Shown here: piece by piece, positions 1-14,238 of the stretch
How the letters are laid out: every line of letters starts with the position of its first letter
Position numbering within the stretch: the first letter of the stretch is position 1
Source: Octopus vulgaris
Lineage: Eukaryota
DNA length: 64,000 bases
Assembly: GCA_951406725.2 (NCBI GenBank)
Contig: OX597825.1
Span: forward strand, 40,362,001 to 40,426,000
Reading direction: 5' to 3'
Program-made: the position numbers and the translations under genes
Notes under the pieces: generated by a model
Told to the model about the DNA's origin: nothing
Databases searched by the model: none
Seen by the model: the letters and a program-made list of their open reading frames with translations, nothing else

Positions 1-39
1 GCGGGTTAGCAATACTGTGTGGTATATGAAGGTGATATA

Positions 40-583
40 ATTAAATGCGAGAAAAGAATTTTATCGCAGTGTGAGGGCAATAATCAAAAGAGAGCTAAAC
101 GCAAGAAACAGGATCGAAGTGATTAATTCTTTAGCCATACCGTTTGTAACTTACAGTTTCATTATTTTAATTGGTCAATTACTGAAATAAGGATCTGTCC
201 CTTGATAAAAGCTGATGGAAACACGAGCCTTGCAACTTTACTGTTTAAACTAACAGGAAGATAGATGCAAATAGGCCGGACATTATAATAAAGGATGTCA
301 GACAGTCATCGACATAACTATCCCAATCGACATAAATGCATGTACCAAGACCTACGAAATATTGAGCAAAGATAAAGATATTTTAATAGAAATTGCTGAA
401 ATGTAGAACTTCAAACTACAACGACTTGTTATCATATGTGCCCTAGGTGTGATAGCAAAAAGGGCTAATTGTTCCCTATCTTAGATACCATGAAATATAA
501 ACATGGAAGAAATTCTAAAAATAGTGCACGTGATCATGGAAACTGCTTATATCCTACGAAAAAATAATGTCTACGTAATTCCA
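40..583 (+). mobile_element. Degraded, internally deleted 3' fragment of an R4/Dong-like RLE non-LTR retrotransposon
   Basis: 48-165 (RKEFYRSVRAIIKRELNARNRIEVINSLAIPFVTYSF) parallels 12960-13070 (RKECYRRVRAVLKSELNARNKVLAINSLAVPVVTYSY). It then jumps to an RLE-type IDANRPDIIIK (~261-293), parallel to 13910-13945. Confidence 0.8.
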
Positions 584-835
584 AAAGCATTTTAATGTGT
601 GAATATTATCTAAAGTACTTTTAAAACAAATTTTAATTTCGTTGTTTTGATAGACAACTTCTCTCTCGCTCCAACTCCCCCTCTCTCTCTCTCCCTCTCT
701 CTCTCTCTCTCTGTATATACACATATTCACATATATACATAGATACATATATACCCATACACAGACACACACATGTATACACATATACACATATGTGTGT
801 GTGTATGTCTCTATATATGTGATGTGGAATGTGTA

Positions 836-1435
<600 letters not shown>

Positions 1436-1477
1436 CAAAGTGGAGTTGTAAGGTACTGAACGAGTGGAATTATATAT

Positions 1478-2158
1478 GACAGGAGGTTTGAAAATGCAAT
1501 TTTGAAATAAGTTTATTTACTTTACCTATTTCACTTTTTAGCAAAAGCTTGTCAAAAGTAACATGTAAAAGTTTGGTTGTGTTAATCTTTGGATGTCACA
1601 AAATACTACACATCATATATACATTCTTTGGTAACAAGAACAGGTTAAGAACATAAAATAGGTTAACAAGTTCATTAAAATATTGGGCACATAAGATTAC
1701 AACATATATATATACATTCTCAAGAAAATGCTAAAGATAGTTTACAGAAGGAATTATGAAAAATGTCAGTGAAATATTGGTATTGTATCTGTATATACAT
1801 ACACGCACAGAATATAAGTTCAAAAATGTTTATATTATAGTAGTAGGGTAGCTTAGACTGACTTGGTCCACCATTAACATTATTATTAATTCCTTCTGGA
1901 AACTATCTTTAACATTTTCTTGAGAATGTATATATATGTTGTAATCTTTTGTGCCCAATATTTTAATGAACTTGTTAAACTTGTTTATGATCTTAACATG
2001 TTCTTGTTACCAAAAATGTATATATTTATTGTAGTATTTTGTGACAACCAATAATTAACACAACCAAACTTTTACATGTTACTTTTGACAATCTTTTTCT
2101 AAAAAGTGAAACTGGTAAAGTAAATAGACATCTTTTAAAATTGCATTTTCAAACCTTT

Positions 2159-2163
<5 letters not shown>
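1478..2163. repeat. Fold-back (long inverted repeat) element, MITE-like, between (TA)n tracts
   Basis: 1484-1765 is the reverse complement of ~1880-2156 (aggtttgaaaatgcaatttt.../...aaaattgcattttcaaacct; aaaatattgggcac/gtgcccaatatttt), with scattered mismatches and a ~110 bp spacer. Confidence 0.85.
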
Positions 2164-2249
<86 letters not shown>

Positions 2250-2660
2250 CACCTGCATAATGTTCATGAATTTTGTTCATGGGAGTGAATTTTCTATTTT
2301 CTATTTTGCATTCTTTCTTGCGCATGCAAGTCGAGACTATGTCCTCCCAAATATGTTAAACATTCATTGTCGATGTTATACTATTTAATTTTCCGTGGCA
2401 GAAGGATCGGATTTGCTACAATGGCACCTATGTTTGCTGGCATTAGCAGTGATGCTTAAGTTAATATGGGGTCTGTTCACATCTTGTGAACTTGTGTATT
2501 CGAATCAAAACTGAATACGAGTATCAAGACTTCTATGCTGCATGTTTGAATAATTGTGAAGTTCTCTTCACATGAAATCATTGGATGCGTTTTGACTCTC
2601 TCATGACGAATATCCTCCCACCAGATCTGTCTTGAGCACTCATGCTTGCTGCTCGTTACT

Positions 2661-2795
<135 letters not shown>

Positions 2796-3138
2796 CATAT
2801 ATATATATAGACATTATGATAGGTTATGTTCGTAACCGTGTTGTTTAAGGTAAGCCAAAACACCAGTGTCTGATTGTACATTGACGTTCGACAAACAACG
2901 CCTCACCAGTTTCTTTCATACATCAGTATTACAGCTAGCGGCGTTCTTGTATACATGACACATTTCGTGCTATTTAGCTACTTTAATGCAATTCTGTTGC
3001 ATGCGCTATTACATGCACAGATAGACATGCGAGCGTGTGTGTGTATCTATCTACTATTTATGCGTATGCAAAATAGACAAAAATATATATTTAGATAGAT
3101 ACATGTATAAATATATATATATATATTTAGATAGATAC

Positions 3139-3193
<55 letters not shown>

Positions 3194-5619
3194 TATATGA
3201 ATAGTATGTACGTCTCTGTGCCTGTGGCGACTTTTCGAAGGCTATGCTAAATATCTGAGACCTCGTGAGAGTGTTATCGATACCGCATGATTACAGATTT
3301 AATATCAACATAGACGTAGCTCAGAATCATATAATTAATAATTGTGTTAGAAGCTATGAAGTAATAATTTCTACCATAATCTGAAACGTAATGTAATCAA
3401 CATGACTGTCTGCTTTGGATTAGATTGTCAGTTACTTTCGATAAGAGTGTTAAATGATGCCATCACTGTAAGTATTAAGATGATAAATTAAAGGAATATT
3501 AGTTTGACAGACTGCTATGACTTCGTACCTGGTCACGTCGTTAAATATTCTCGGTGGCATGTATAAGACAATGATCTGCAATAATATCCATAACTACCAT
3601 TAGAGAAGTCAAGATAATGTTGCATACTTTTACTTTCACTTTGATGCCGGACAGGTTATATGAAGCATAATGCAGAATTACTGTCAAATGCATTAGAGCG
3701 TTTTTCATATTATTTCTAGATATATTATATCCGGGATAATATTGTGCCCTATATAGAGAATGGTGCAATTTTGGGTATTACTGATATTTAAATAATTACA
3801 AAATATATTCCGCATTGTGAATTTGAATTTACTGATTACCAGGTATATACAGATAAGCAGGGATAGAAGTTGATTGTGTAATGGCATCAATTCCGATTTA
3901 GAACTTCTATGACTGTAAAGAAAACAGAATTTCAAATTCAGAGAAAACAATGCCGTTCCCTATCAGTTAATACTGATTCATAGAAAAGTACTAAGTTAGG
4001 TGCAATAGGAACAGTTTGACACGTCGAGTCTAATTTTTTATCATTTTCCTTGCTTCCATTATTCAGAGAAATAAGATAAGAAGTGCATGTGTTGCCTTTA
4101 ATTAACAGTAGCAGTAATTGGAAACATCCTTACTATTGCAATGTCTTTATTAATTTCCAGTTAACTAAACAACTCTTAGTCTTAATATTGTCTGAAATAA
4201 AGTTCTCTTTCCGAGACAGCATTTATATGTCAGTATATTTGGACATCATCAAATTCAGAAAGAATTTGTATAATACATAACTAGTCAACTAATCAATATA
4301 CACGTGCTACAGTGATGTGTAATGATGGATTCATTCTCAACATGATATTACCTTGTTAGTAGTAACAGGCAATGATATCTAATAAGTAATCTAAAGGTAA
4401 TATGTGAAGGCAGAAAATATTTACTGCATCCAATTTCCATCGGGGAAACTCTCAGCATTAGGGGATGTGGAATTCTGAAAAGAAATAAGGAGCGAGAATG
4501 GTGTCTATGTCCAAAGATATCTGCTTAAAGTTCCACCTACGATTTGCCATATACGGATACCAGCAAGTAACACTATCTATGGGATGTATTGTATGTTCTA
4601 AATCAGAATAGAATGTCACAGATAATGTTAAAGTGGCTGAGAAGAACTGGATACAAAAGTGCATACTTAGAATTTTCCTAATTTTCCTAAGACGTTTCAA
4701 GACGTCAGAGATTATATCTTGCTATAGAGAAAGTTTTTTTGTCAATTAACAACAAAAGTTATGACGAGACTTTTGCATTACTTTCGTTGAAGTCATCGTA
4801 ATTTCAATCGACTACTTTTATTTCTAATTGTATGCCTCTATTCATAAAGTCACTGTGTAGGATGCAATGGGCATTTCTATGTCATCTAATAAGGTCAGAC
4901 ATAAACAACATTTTCAATTTTTGCTCCAACCTAAAGTATTGTGTACTTTGCTAGAATAAACCATCTCCGAAAATTTATATTCGTTGAAATGAGGTTACCA
5001 ATTTTATCTTATTATAGTCTTGTTGCGTAGTAATTTTCTAAGTTTCGGTATGTTTATGGGTAGCTGTGTCTTCAAATTATTGTTCCTCTCACTATAAATA
5101 TTCTTTAATATAAATCCCATAATTCAGAATGAAGATTAATGCAGATTATAGAAGTGTAGTAGATCTTGCGTTCGTTGACGCTGTTATTGTGAATTTTATT
5201 GTGGAGAAAATGTTGAGAACAGCTCCATTAAGCGTCCTAAAACTCATCACTTTCATGTGATCTAATTCAGTTTTATTGTTAATTATCAACGTCAACTTAT
5301 CCGCGAAATGATAAAAATCGATTCGTATAGAATACTTCTGCTGTAAAGGAAGTTATTGGAATTTATCTATTCGTTGTCTCACGAGACAAGAAAAAAAAAC
5401 TCTCTCTCATAGCAACGACAGCAATAAAGGAGTTTCATAGAGTGTTTTTCCCCTCTTTTTCATTTTAGAAAAAAAAAACCGTTACGAATACATCCACTGT
5501 GTATGTATTTTAGTATAAGCAACATTATTTTCACTGTGATAAATATATCTTTGTGGACTGAAATTTTACTAGAAGAGGAACGTGACGGAGTGATATGAAT
5601 TCCTGCATTGGAAAACACC

Positions 5620-6015
5620 TAATAATAATCCTTTCTACAATAGGCATAAGGCCTGAGATTTTGGTTGAGTGTTCAACAGGTACTTATTTTATCGATCCCA
5701 AAGGGATGATGTGCACAGTCACTCTCAGTGGTATTTGAAGTTAGGACGTAAAGACGGGCGAAATGCCGCTATTTTTTTTTGCCCGGTGTGGTATTCTACC
5801 TGCTCGTTGCCTTAATAATAATGATAATATTTTCTACAAAATGTACAAGGCAAGAAGATTTGATGGTGTCTACTAGGCCATTACATCGACTCCAGTAATT
5901 TACTGGTTCTTAATCTATCGGCATCGAAAGGATAACAGGAAATTTGAACTCAGAACGTAGCGACGGACGAAATACCGCTGACGTGCGCTAACGATTCTGC
6001 CTGCTCGCGCCCTTA
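5620..6015 (-). mobile_element. Two adjacent degraded copies of tRNA-derived SINE family C
   Basis: Reverse complement of 5935-6012 reads GGCGCGAGCAGGCAGAATCGTTAGCGC...GTTCTGAGTTCAAATT (A/B-box-like). A second copy lies at 5620-5815, with related pieces at ~17930, ~28200-28320 and ~34450-34660. Confidence 0.65.
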
Positions 6016-6039
6016 ATATTAACAATATAGGGATTAATG

Positions 6040-6590
6040 CCGTGTATATGACGATAAAACCCGAACTGCAATCCAGACATCCCCGGAGATTTCTCGTCAT
6101 CGAGTCCCGTATATCTTCTACTGTCATCGGCATTTCGCAGAACCCCATATCCCTGGTTGAAATGTGTTGTATGTCTTCAATGAAAATGAAATCTACCTCC
6201 AGATCGGACCTACCACGCCCTCCGTGCACTTGAAATAAGTGCCACGAAAATTTCGCATACATCTGCTTGGACTCAACCAGCAAAGCCCCTCTCAATCCGG
6301 CAAGGCCTGATGTGTTGTTTTCTTTTCCCGTTGCATTTCCACCACTCGAACGCATTGAACGGTTTCCACCTCTCGTATCTCAGTACAAGCGCCCTACCTT
6401 TGATAAGGCAATCTTCGTATTTGACATTGAAGAATTGATAAAAAGCCAACCTCACACCCATCACATCGACCGTTATGCTTTTACTAACCACCCCTTCTAG
6501 TTTCTTAACTACATCTCTCTATTCTAGATTCTTCCTTACTAAACCCAAATGCCCTTCATCTAATAGCCCTATCGGTTGTTGACGATCGCA
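6040..6590 (-). mobile_element. Tx1/L1-like LINE ORF2 fragment (pre-RT linker)
   Basis: Minus-strand ESKQMYAKFSWHLFQVHGGRG...ISTRDMGFCEMPMTVEDIRDSM followed by a frameshifted KSPG aligns with the 23236 ORF (RSKEICYAFGEHFTALFGRGG...LSARDTERYEGPIVAAEV...KSPGLDG). Confidence 0.6.
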
Positions 6591-6596
6591 CCCGAA

Positions 6597-7469
6597 ACTG
6601 CAAGGGCTCATACGGCTGTAAATATCAATTAATTATCGATAAAGCCATAACTGAAGACAACCGCAGAAAGATGAAAGGCATCAGTATGGCGTGGATCGAC
6701 TACCGTAAGGCTTTTGATTGTATTCCCCACACGTGGATCCTCGAGACACTAGCCAAAAACAAGGTAGCACCAATAATTATCAAATACATAAGACATTCTA
6801 TGAATAAATGGCAGACTGTGCTACAGCGCCAAACAAAAGAGGGACTCGTGAAAACCAAAGCCACCCCAATTAGGAAAGGAATACCACTCGGAAACACGCT
6901 CTCTCCATTCCTTTTCTGCTTGGCACTGACACGTTTATCTGACATGCTAAATAGAACACATACACATGTTACGGCAAAACAATAAGTCACTTCATATATA
7001 TGGATAACCTAAAACTATACGCTACAAATGATAAACAGCTGAAAACACTACTACAGGCAGTACATCGATTTACCAAAGAAATACATATGAAATTTGGATT
7101 AGAAAAATGTGACAAGGCAACGCTGAAAGAGGAAAACTAGTTAAAAGTAGCAACATCACACTAGATTAAGCCAATGAAATAAGAGAATTAGACGCAAGCC
7201 AGACATTCAAATATTTAGGAATCAATGAAGTAGAGGCGATACAACACATACAAACAAAAATAAATAAAGAACGAATGCTGTAGACGAGTTAGATCAATAG
7301 TGAAAACATAGCTGAATGCTAAAAACAAGATAATAGGTATTTATACTTTAGCCGTCCCAATTATAAGTTACAGCTACAATGTCCTTCACTGGACACTAAA
7401 TGAACTAACGCAAAATAGACGGGAAAACAAGAAAAATAATAACAGGGTCTGGGATGCACCACAAAAAAA

Positions 7470-7505
<36 letters not shown>

Positions 7506-8712
7506 ACCTATAGAAGGTTGTAGAGGCCTTATGCAGCTGGAAAACTATTACAAAATAACCACCATAGGAATGCAAACATATTTACTTCAGAAGCAAAGAA
7601 AACTAATACAAATAGTCACAAAACATGAACAAAACAAAAAACTCTTTTCAGTATGTAAGGAAGAGGACAAATACAAAGAAGGAATCATACTGCCTAACAA
7701 ATATGAAGAAGAAGAAGAAGAAGAAGAAGAAGAAGAAGAAGAAGAAGAAGAAGAAGAAGAAGAAGAAGAAGAAGAAGAAGAAACAAAAGCTACAAAACAA
7801 ATGAAATCCAAACTAAAACTGGAACAGCAACGGACCATAATAAAACAATGGCATGAAAAGCCCCTTCATGGCAAATACTGGGCTAAATTAAATGCAAAAG
7901 AAATAGACAGAGAAAACTCCCAGCACTGGTTGAGAAGCTCAGGACTCAAAGCAGAGACTGAAGGATTTTTAATTGCAGCACAAGACCAAAGCCTCCCCAA
8001 CGGAAATTACCCAATACTCATAATGAAAAGGAACATAACAAGTAACTGCAGAATAGGTGAAGATGTAGAAGAATCAACAAACCATATTACCTCTGGCTGC
8101 TCAGTCCTGGCTAAGAAGAAATATATTCACACACAAGACAGAGTTGGAACCTACATACACTGGAATCTGTGAAAATACTAAGGAATAATAACAGAAGAAA
8201 GATGGTACAGGCACAGGCCAGAAAAGGACACAGAAAACGAGAAATCAAACATAATCTGGGGTATGCCAATGCACAGAGATAGATAAATTAGGCCAATAGG
8301 CCGAATATAGTTGTCAGAGATCATGAAGCAAAAAAATGCTTTACAATTGATGTATCAATACCAGCAGATGACAACGTTTCTCTAAAAGAAATGGAAAAAC
8401 TTTCAAAATTCAAAGACGTGGAAATAGAGGAAACTCGAAAGTAGAATCTAAAAACAGAAACAATTCCTATCATAGGGGGTGCAATAGATATGATAAAATA
8501 TATTCTTACAAATACATAGCAAAGACACTAGGAATTACAAATATATATAACATACAGAAAATTCCATTACTGGGCACTGCACGCATCCTATGCAAAACAC
8601 TTTCAATGCAGTAACAATAAGAGCATCACAGCAAACTACAGCACATACCTAAGGTACATAGAGCTGCGCTCGGTAGTGAAGTGAAAGCACGTTATAAAAA
8701 TAAAACTAATGA
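6597..8712 (+). mobile_element. 5'-truncated, degenerate R4/Dong-like non-LTR retrotransposon (RT + CCHC + RLE) ending in (TAA)n
   Basis: Motifs GSYGCKYQL, AWIDYRKAFDCIPH, YMDNLKLY, MKFGLEKC, WHEKPLHG, WLRSSGLKAETEGFLIAAQDQSL and a degenerate RLE, with many frameshifts. The 3' UTR runs into (TAA)n at 8712. Confidence 0.9.
7705..7782 (+). repeat. (GAA)26 tract inside the R4/Dong element
   Basis: Pure GAA run giving poly-E in ORF 7531..8172. Confidence 0.95.
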
Positions 8713-8730
8713 ATAATAATGATGATGATG

Positions 8731-8767
<37 letters not shown>

Positions 8768-8777
8768 CAACAACAAA

Positions 8778-8827
<50 letters not shown>

Positions 8828-8840
8828 TAATAATAATAAC

Positions 8841-8921
<81 letters not shown>

Positions 8922-8928
8922 TAATAAT
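8712..8928. repeat. (TAA)n microsatellite (tail or target of the upstream LINE)
   Basis: TAA run with GAT/CAA variants. Confidence 0.97.
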
Positions 8929-8931
8929 AAA

Positions 8932-9494
8932 TACTATAAATGCCAGATACAGTACCAGGCAGTGGCTCTCATGGTTTCTGATCTTAACTGATTGGAAGTG
9001 TTATCACATACATTGTTTTGTATTGGTATAAAAGATGGGCTACAGCAAATATTCCGCTCAATACCACAGATTTGCTTGTCAGTTGTTTGATCTTAAGCAG
9101 TTGAGCATGTCTCTTAGCGGCTGACGATATGTGCATCTCTGATCATGAGCAGAGGTATTGGGGGCGCATCATAGCCAAGTGTTGAGAGGAATTCTTGGAG
9201 GTTTGGATAATTCACATTTGGAAACACGGGTGTTTCGTTCAACATCCTTAAACAACCATTATTCAGGGTCCATTTGAGCAGGATGGGCTACTCGACCAGA
9301 AGAAAATTCTAATTGGGCCTCACCTGCAAGGTCATGTGCTGTTTATCTTGATATGAGTTCACCATGTCGCGCACATATGGTTGTGATGCATGTGTCTAGT
9401 GTACGCTTATCAGACGGGTAGTCATGATGGGTATATTGGGTTTCGTATATGTTACCCCAGTGTCATTTTGATGGCATGCACTGCTCTCGCACTC
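8932..9494. repeat. Unclassified ~560 bp insert between two (TAA)n tracts (probable interspersed repeat)
   Basis: Higher-GC block with sharp (TAA)n borders on both sides. No recognisable ORF. Confidence 0.4.
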
Positions 9495-9555
<61 letters not shown>

Positions 9556-9603
9556 TTAATAATAATAATAATAATAATGATGATAATAATAATAATAATA
9601 ATA

Positions 9604-9685
<82 letters not shown>

Positions 9686-9695
9686 TTATAATAAT
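9495..9695. repeat. (TAA)n microsatellite
   Basis: TAA run. Confidence 0.97.
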
Positions 9696-9799
9696 GAAGA
9701 TTGCCTCAAAATATTACAAAAATGTAGTAGATCGACAACTTTATATTTGAACACGTGGAAGACACATGCCATGTCAAAATATCTTTCATTCGATAATCC

Positions 9800-10130
9800 T
9801 GACACCCCCTTCGGTCATGACAGACCATGGGATTGCACCTAGAAAGTTACTCTCCCAGGCACAAGTCTAGGCAATGTTGTTTCTATGGAAGACCAGCAGT
9901 CGCCCGTGCATACCGGCCTCCTCTCTCCACACGACCAGTGTTATCCAAGGGAAAGGCAAATGCTGATACAGCTTGGAACCTGTGACGTTGCAACTCATTT
10001 GTATAGCTAAGTGAACTGGAGCAACGTGAAATAAAGCGCCTTGCTCAAGATCACAACACGCAGCCCGGTCCGGCAATCGAAATCACAACCTCACGATCGT
10101 AAGCTCGACGCTCTAGCCATACGCTTTCAC
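9800..10130 (-). mobile_element. tRNA-derived SINE family B
   Basis: Colinear with 33283-33600 (accatgggattgca...ggagcaacgtgaaataaag...). The reverse complement has a tRNA-like head with a B-box-like TTCGATT. Adjacent to (TAA)n. Confidence 0.8.
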
Positions 10131-10186
<56 letters not shown>

Positions 10187-10575
10187 GTATTATTTGAAAG
10201 TATTATTTGACAGGCAAGAACTCTGGCATTGAAGACAGTCAGCCAGCCAACCACCAAGCCAGCCAACGAGACAGACAGACACTACTGTGATGGTGATAAG
10301 GATAAAAAAACAAAAATAACAATAATAAGATACTGCTGTGACTACTCATAAAACAATATCATTGATGATGATGGTGGTGATGGTGATGGTGATGATGATA
10401 ATGATGATGGTAATGGTGGTGATAATGATGATAGTGATAATAATGGTGATGATAATAACAATAATAAGCCGACTACGGCTGCTATAATGGTACGATTATA
10501 ATTGTAACGCAATGATGGCCGTCTCCCCACGAGCCAATCAAAGCTAAAAAATGATAACATTATCGTAGCACCAAA

Positions 10576-13500
10576 ATGTTTTTGGAAACTAAAAGGAAAA
10601 CTAAATCAGTATACCAAATCGCTTGTCCTATGGTTAATCTGGAAGCGCGTCCCCCAGGGAAGAGCCAGCCTGGGACCGAAAAGTCATCAACTGGCACAAA
10701 CTCTTCTCCGAATACGGACATGGATGGTCACTTGAACGGGAAATCCCCCAACTCGAGCCCTCCAAGTTCACCACCACAACCACCACAGAAAGAAAAATGT
10801 AAGCGGAACAAATGGACCCGAGAAGAGTATAAAGAAGTAATATACGCTTATTACTATGCATTAGGTAGGCCATCTCAAGAGAGACACACCGCAAACTCTT
10901 ACAGTACACGGAATCAAGAGAGTAGGCCCTATGTGGACGAGAACAAATTAGCAAATGTCAGGAGGGATATCCTTAGAAATAACAGACTCACAGACAGTGA
11001 AATAAGCGCGATCAAGCACGCAACGGAAAATGACATAAATATAAGACACAAAAGGAAATGAAGAATCAGATGAACAGTATAGCCCGCCACGAGGCTTAAT
11101 TGAAAGACTGCCATCTGACCAAAGTACGCAAAGGCCTGAAGATACAAGAAAATCTATTGTACCTGTTAAAGATAGCCAGGAAAACGAAAAAACAACAGTA
11201 ACTGAAGATCTCGCATCTGCTGAAGAAAACAGAGAGTCTATGGCAGAAATGAGGCAGAAAATCCTGAATACACTTGAAGTTATAAGACATACATGTATGA
11301 ATGATAGAGAACCGCTTCATAAACTCTCAAATACAAACCAAAATAAAAAACAAATCCAAATTGGCAACTATGTAACAAATGAAATAATACGAGAATTAAA
11401 ACCTGATTTTACTGAGTTAAATGAAAGTATTTACGCTTCTGCTAGGGCAATTGAAACCAGCTGTATGCCCCCGAAAAAACAAAGAAAACAAAACCTGGGA
11501 AGAAATCAAACCTGGAGAAGTAAAATTGAAAAAGAGATTGAATTTATGAGAGGGGAAATATCAATATTAAATGAACTAATATGTGGAAATGATGTAAGAT
11601 CCAGAACAGGAAGAAAGATGAAGAGAAAATTTGGATCCTCACCAAGAGAAGAACTGATATCAATAAAAGAAACGCTGAAACAAAAAGTCCAAGCAAAAGC
11701 CCAAAGAATACGAAGATTTGAGAAGAGAAACAAGTTTTACAAGCAAAATAAGCCGTTCACATCCAATGCCAAAAAAATTCTACAGAGAAATAGGGAAGGA
11801 GAAAGTAACCGTTAAAGACCCCCTCCCATGGAAGAAGTTCAAAACTTTTGGAAAAGTATTTGGAGTGACAAGAAGACGTACAACATAAATGCAGACTGGA
11901 TTATACAAACTGAAGGATCCTACCAAAATTTACAACAAGCATGGGAAGACATCACAATAACAGACCTAAGAAAGGCACTCACGAAGGCCCATAATTGGAA
12001 ATCCCCCGGTAAAGATAGGGTGCCGAATTTCTGGCTCGCATCGCTCCCATGCGCACACGGTAAGCTAGTTCAGCTGCTCAATGGAATTATGAGAGACCCA
12101 AAGAAAACACCTGAATGGTTAGCAAGTGGCATTACTTACCTACTCCCAAAGAATAACGAAACCAACCTTCCAAAAAACTATCGGCCTATAACCTGTCTAT
12201 CCACCACGTATAAAATCCTAACATCTATCCTGACGGAGAAAACATGCATTCATGGAGAAGAACGATATTTTCCCCATTGAACAAAAAGGGTGCCGCCGAG
12301 GCTCTTACGGATGCAAAGATCAACTGCTAATCAATCGAATGATCCTTGAGAACTGTCACAACAAGCGCAGAAATCTCAGCACCGCATGGATTGACTATAA
12401 AAAGGCCTTCGACAGTATACCGCATCCATGGATCTTGAGATCGCTGGACATCTCCAAATTGCCCCTGTGATTTAAAACTTCCTGAAGCACAATATGTCGT
12501 TGTGGAATACGAATCTCCAATTATACCACTCTAATGGAGTACTCGCCTCAGAAAATATAAACATCAACTGTGGAATTTTTCAAGGTGACTCACTTTCACC
12601 TTTCAGCCCTAATACCCCTTACAAGTGAATTAAACAGAACAGGGTATGGGTATAAAATTGCCAATAAAAAAATAAGCCATCTATTTTATATGGATGACTT
12701 CAACTTTATGGTAAAGACAATAATGAACTTGAAGGCTTATTGTGCACTGTGAAAGCATTCAGCGATGACATCGGGATGGAGTTTGGACTTGAGAAGTGTA
12801 CCAAGGCCACTCTCCAGAAAGGGAAAGTGAAGACCACAAATTCAGTCGTGTTAGATGTTGACACAGTCATAAGAGAGCTTGAGCAAGAACAAACATACAA
12901 ATATTTAGGGATAAATGAAGGCTCTGGTATTCAGCATGCAAGCATGAAAGAGAAGATCAGGAAGGAATGTTATAGGAGAGTTCGTGCAGTCCTGAAATCT
13001 GAACTAAATGCACGTAACAAGGTGTTAGCTATAAATTCCTTAGCAGTTCCAGTTGTTACTTATAGCTACAATGTGTTGAACTGGAATATGACTGAAGTAA
13101 AGAATATAGATAGAAAAATACGCAAGCTGCTGAGTTGTGATAGGATGCACCACCCAAATGCAGACGTAGATCGCCTTTACCTTCCCAGAGCCCAAGGAGG
13201 TCGAGGTCTGATCCAATTTGAACTAGCTTACAAAACAACCACAATTGGACTGGCCAAATATCTCGAAATATCGAATGACTGGATGCTAAACTCGTGGAAA
13301 ATCACGAGAGACGAAAGAAGCTTCATTCTATTATAAAGGAAAGCAAAAAATTTGCTATTGATCTCGTGCAGGATACCCAAACAGAACAACCCGAGGGAAG
13401 TACGGCAATTATTGTTGCAAAGAAGGTGAAAATAATGGCAACGAAAAAAGCGCTCGAGCAATTGGCTGATAGGTGGGAGGAGAAACCTCTGCACGGCAAA

Positions 13501-14238
13501 TATGTGACCCGCAGCAAACAAGCTGATGTTGACCAGAAGCAAACCCATCAGTGGCTACGGAGCTCAGGGCTAAAAGCAGAGAGCGAAGGTTTCATCCAGG
13601 CTGCTCAAGATCAAAGCCTACTAACCCGGAACTACCAGGCCAATGTGATGAAAAATGGAGCAGACCCAAAATGCCGATTCTGCAACGACATGATTGAAAC
13701 AGTGGACCACCTAATCTCTGGATGTAAAGTCTTAGCTCCAGTGGAGTATAAATTAAGACATGACAGAGTTGGCCAATATCTACACTGGCTAATAAGTCGG
13801 CATTACAATATCAAAACTGCCGACAAGTGGTATAATCACCACCCTGAGGCTGTAACTGAAGGAGAAAATGTAACCATTCTGTGGGACTTTCCAGTACATA
13901 CAGACCGAACCATCAAGGCCAATAAAGCAGATATTGTTGTGAAAGACCAAAACAATAAAGTTTGCTTATTGATCGACATGAGCATCCCCTGTGATCATAA
14001 TATCTCAGCGAAAGAGTTTGACAAGCTCAGAAAATATAAAGACCTACTCATTGAAATTGAGAAAATGTGGCATCTCAAGGCGGTTACAATACCAATGATC
14101 GTAGGAGCACTAGGAATGATCAAGAAGGGAACCGAAAATTATATGAGAATGATCCCTGGCTTACCATCCCTGCAAGAAGTGCAAAATATTGTCTTAACTG
14201 GTACATCACACATATTGAAAAGAGCATTGTCGATGTGA
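10576..14238 (+). mobile_element. Near-full-length R4/Dong-like RLE non-LTR retrotransposon, single ORF broken by frameshifts
   Basis: N-terminal KWTREEYKEVIYAYYYA. RT motifs WKSPGKD, YRPITCL, EQKGCRRGSYGCKDQL, AWIDYKKAFDSIPH, GIFQGDSLSP, HLFYMDD, GMEFGLEKC. Zinc knuckle CRFC-x8-H-x4-C, RHD, and restriction-like endonuclease NKADIV...LIDMSIP...K..KY. Stop at 14238. Confidence 0.95.
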
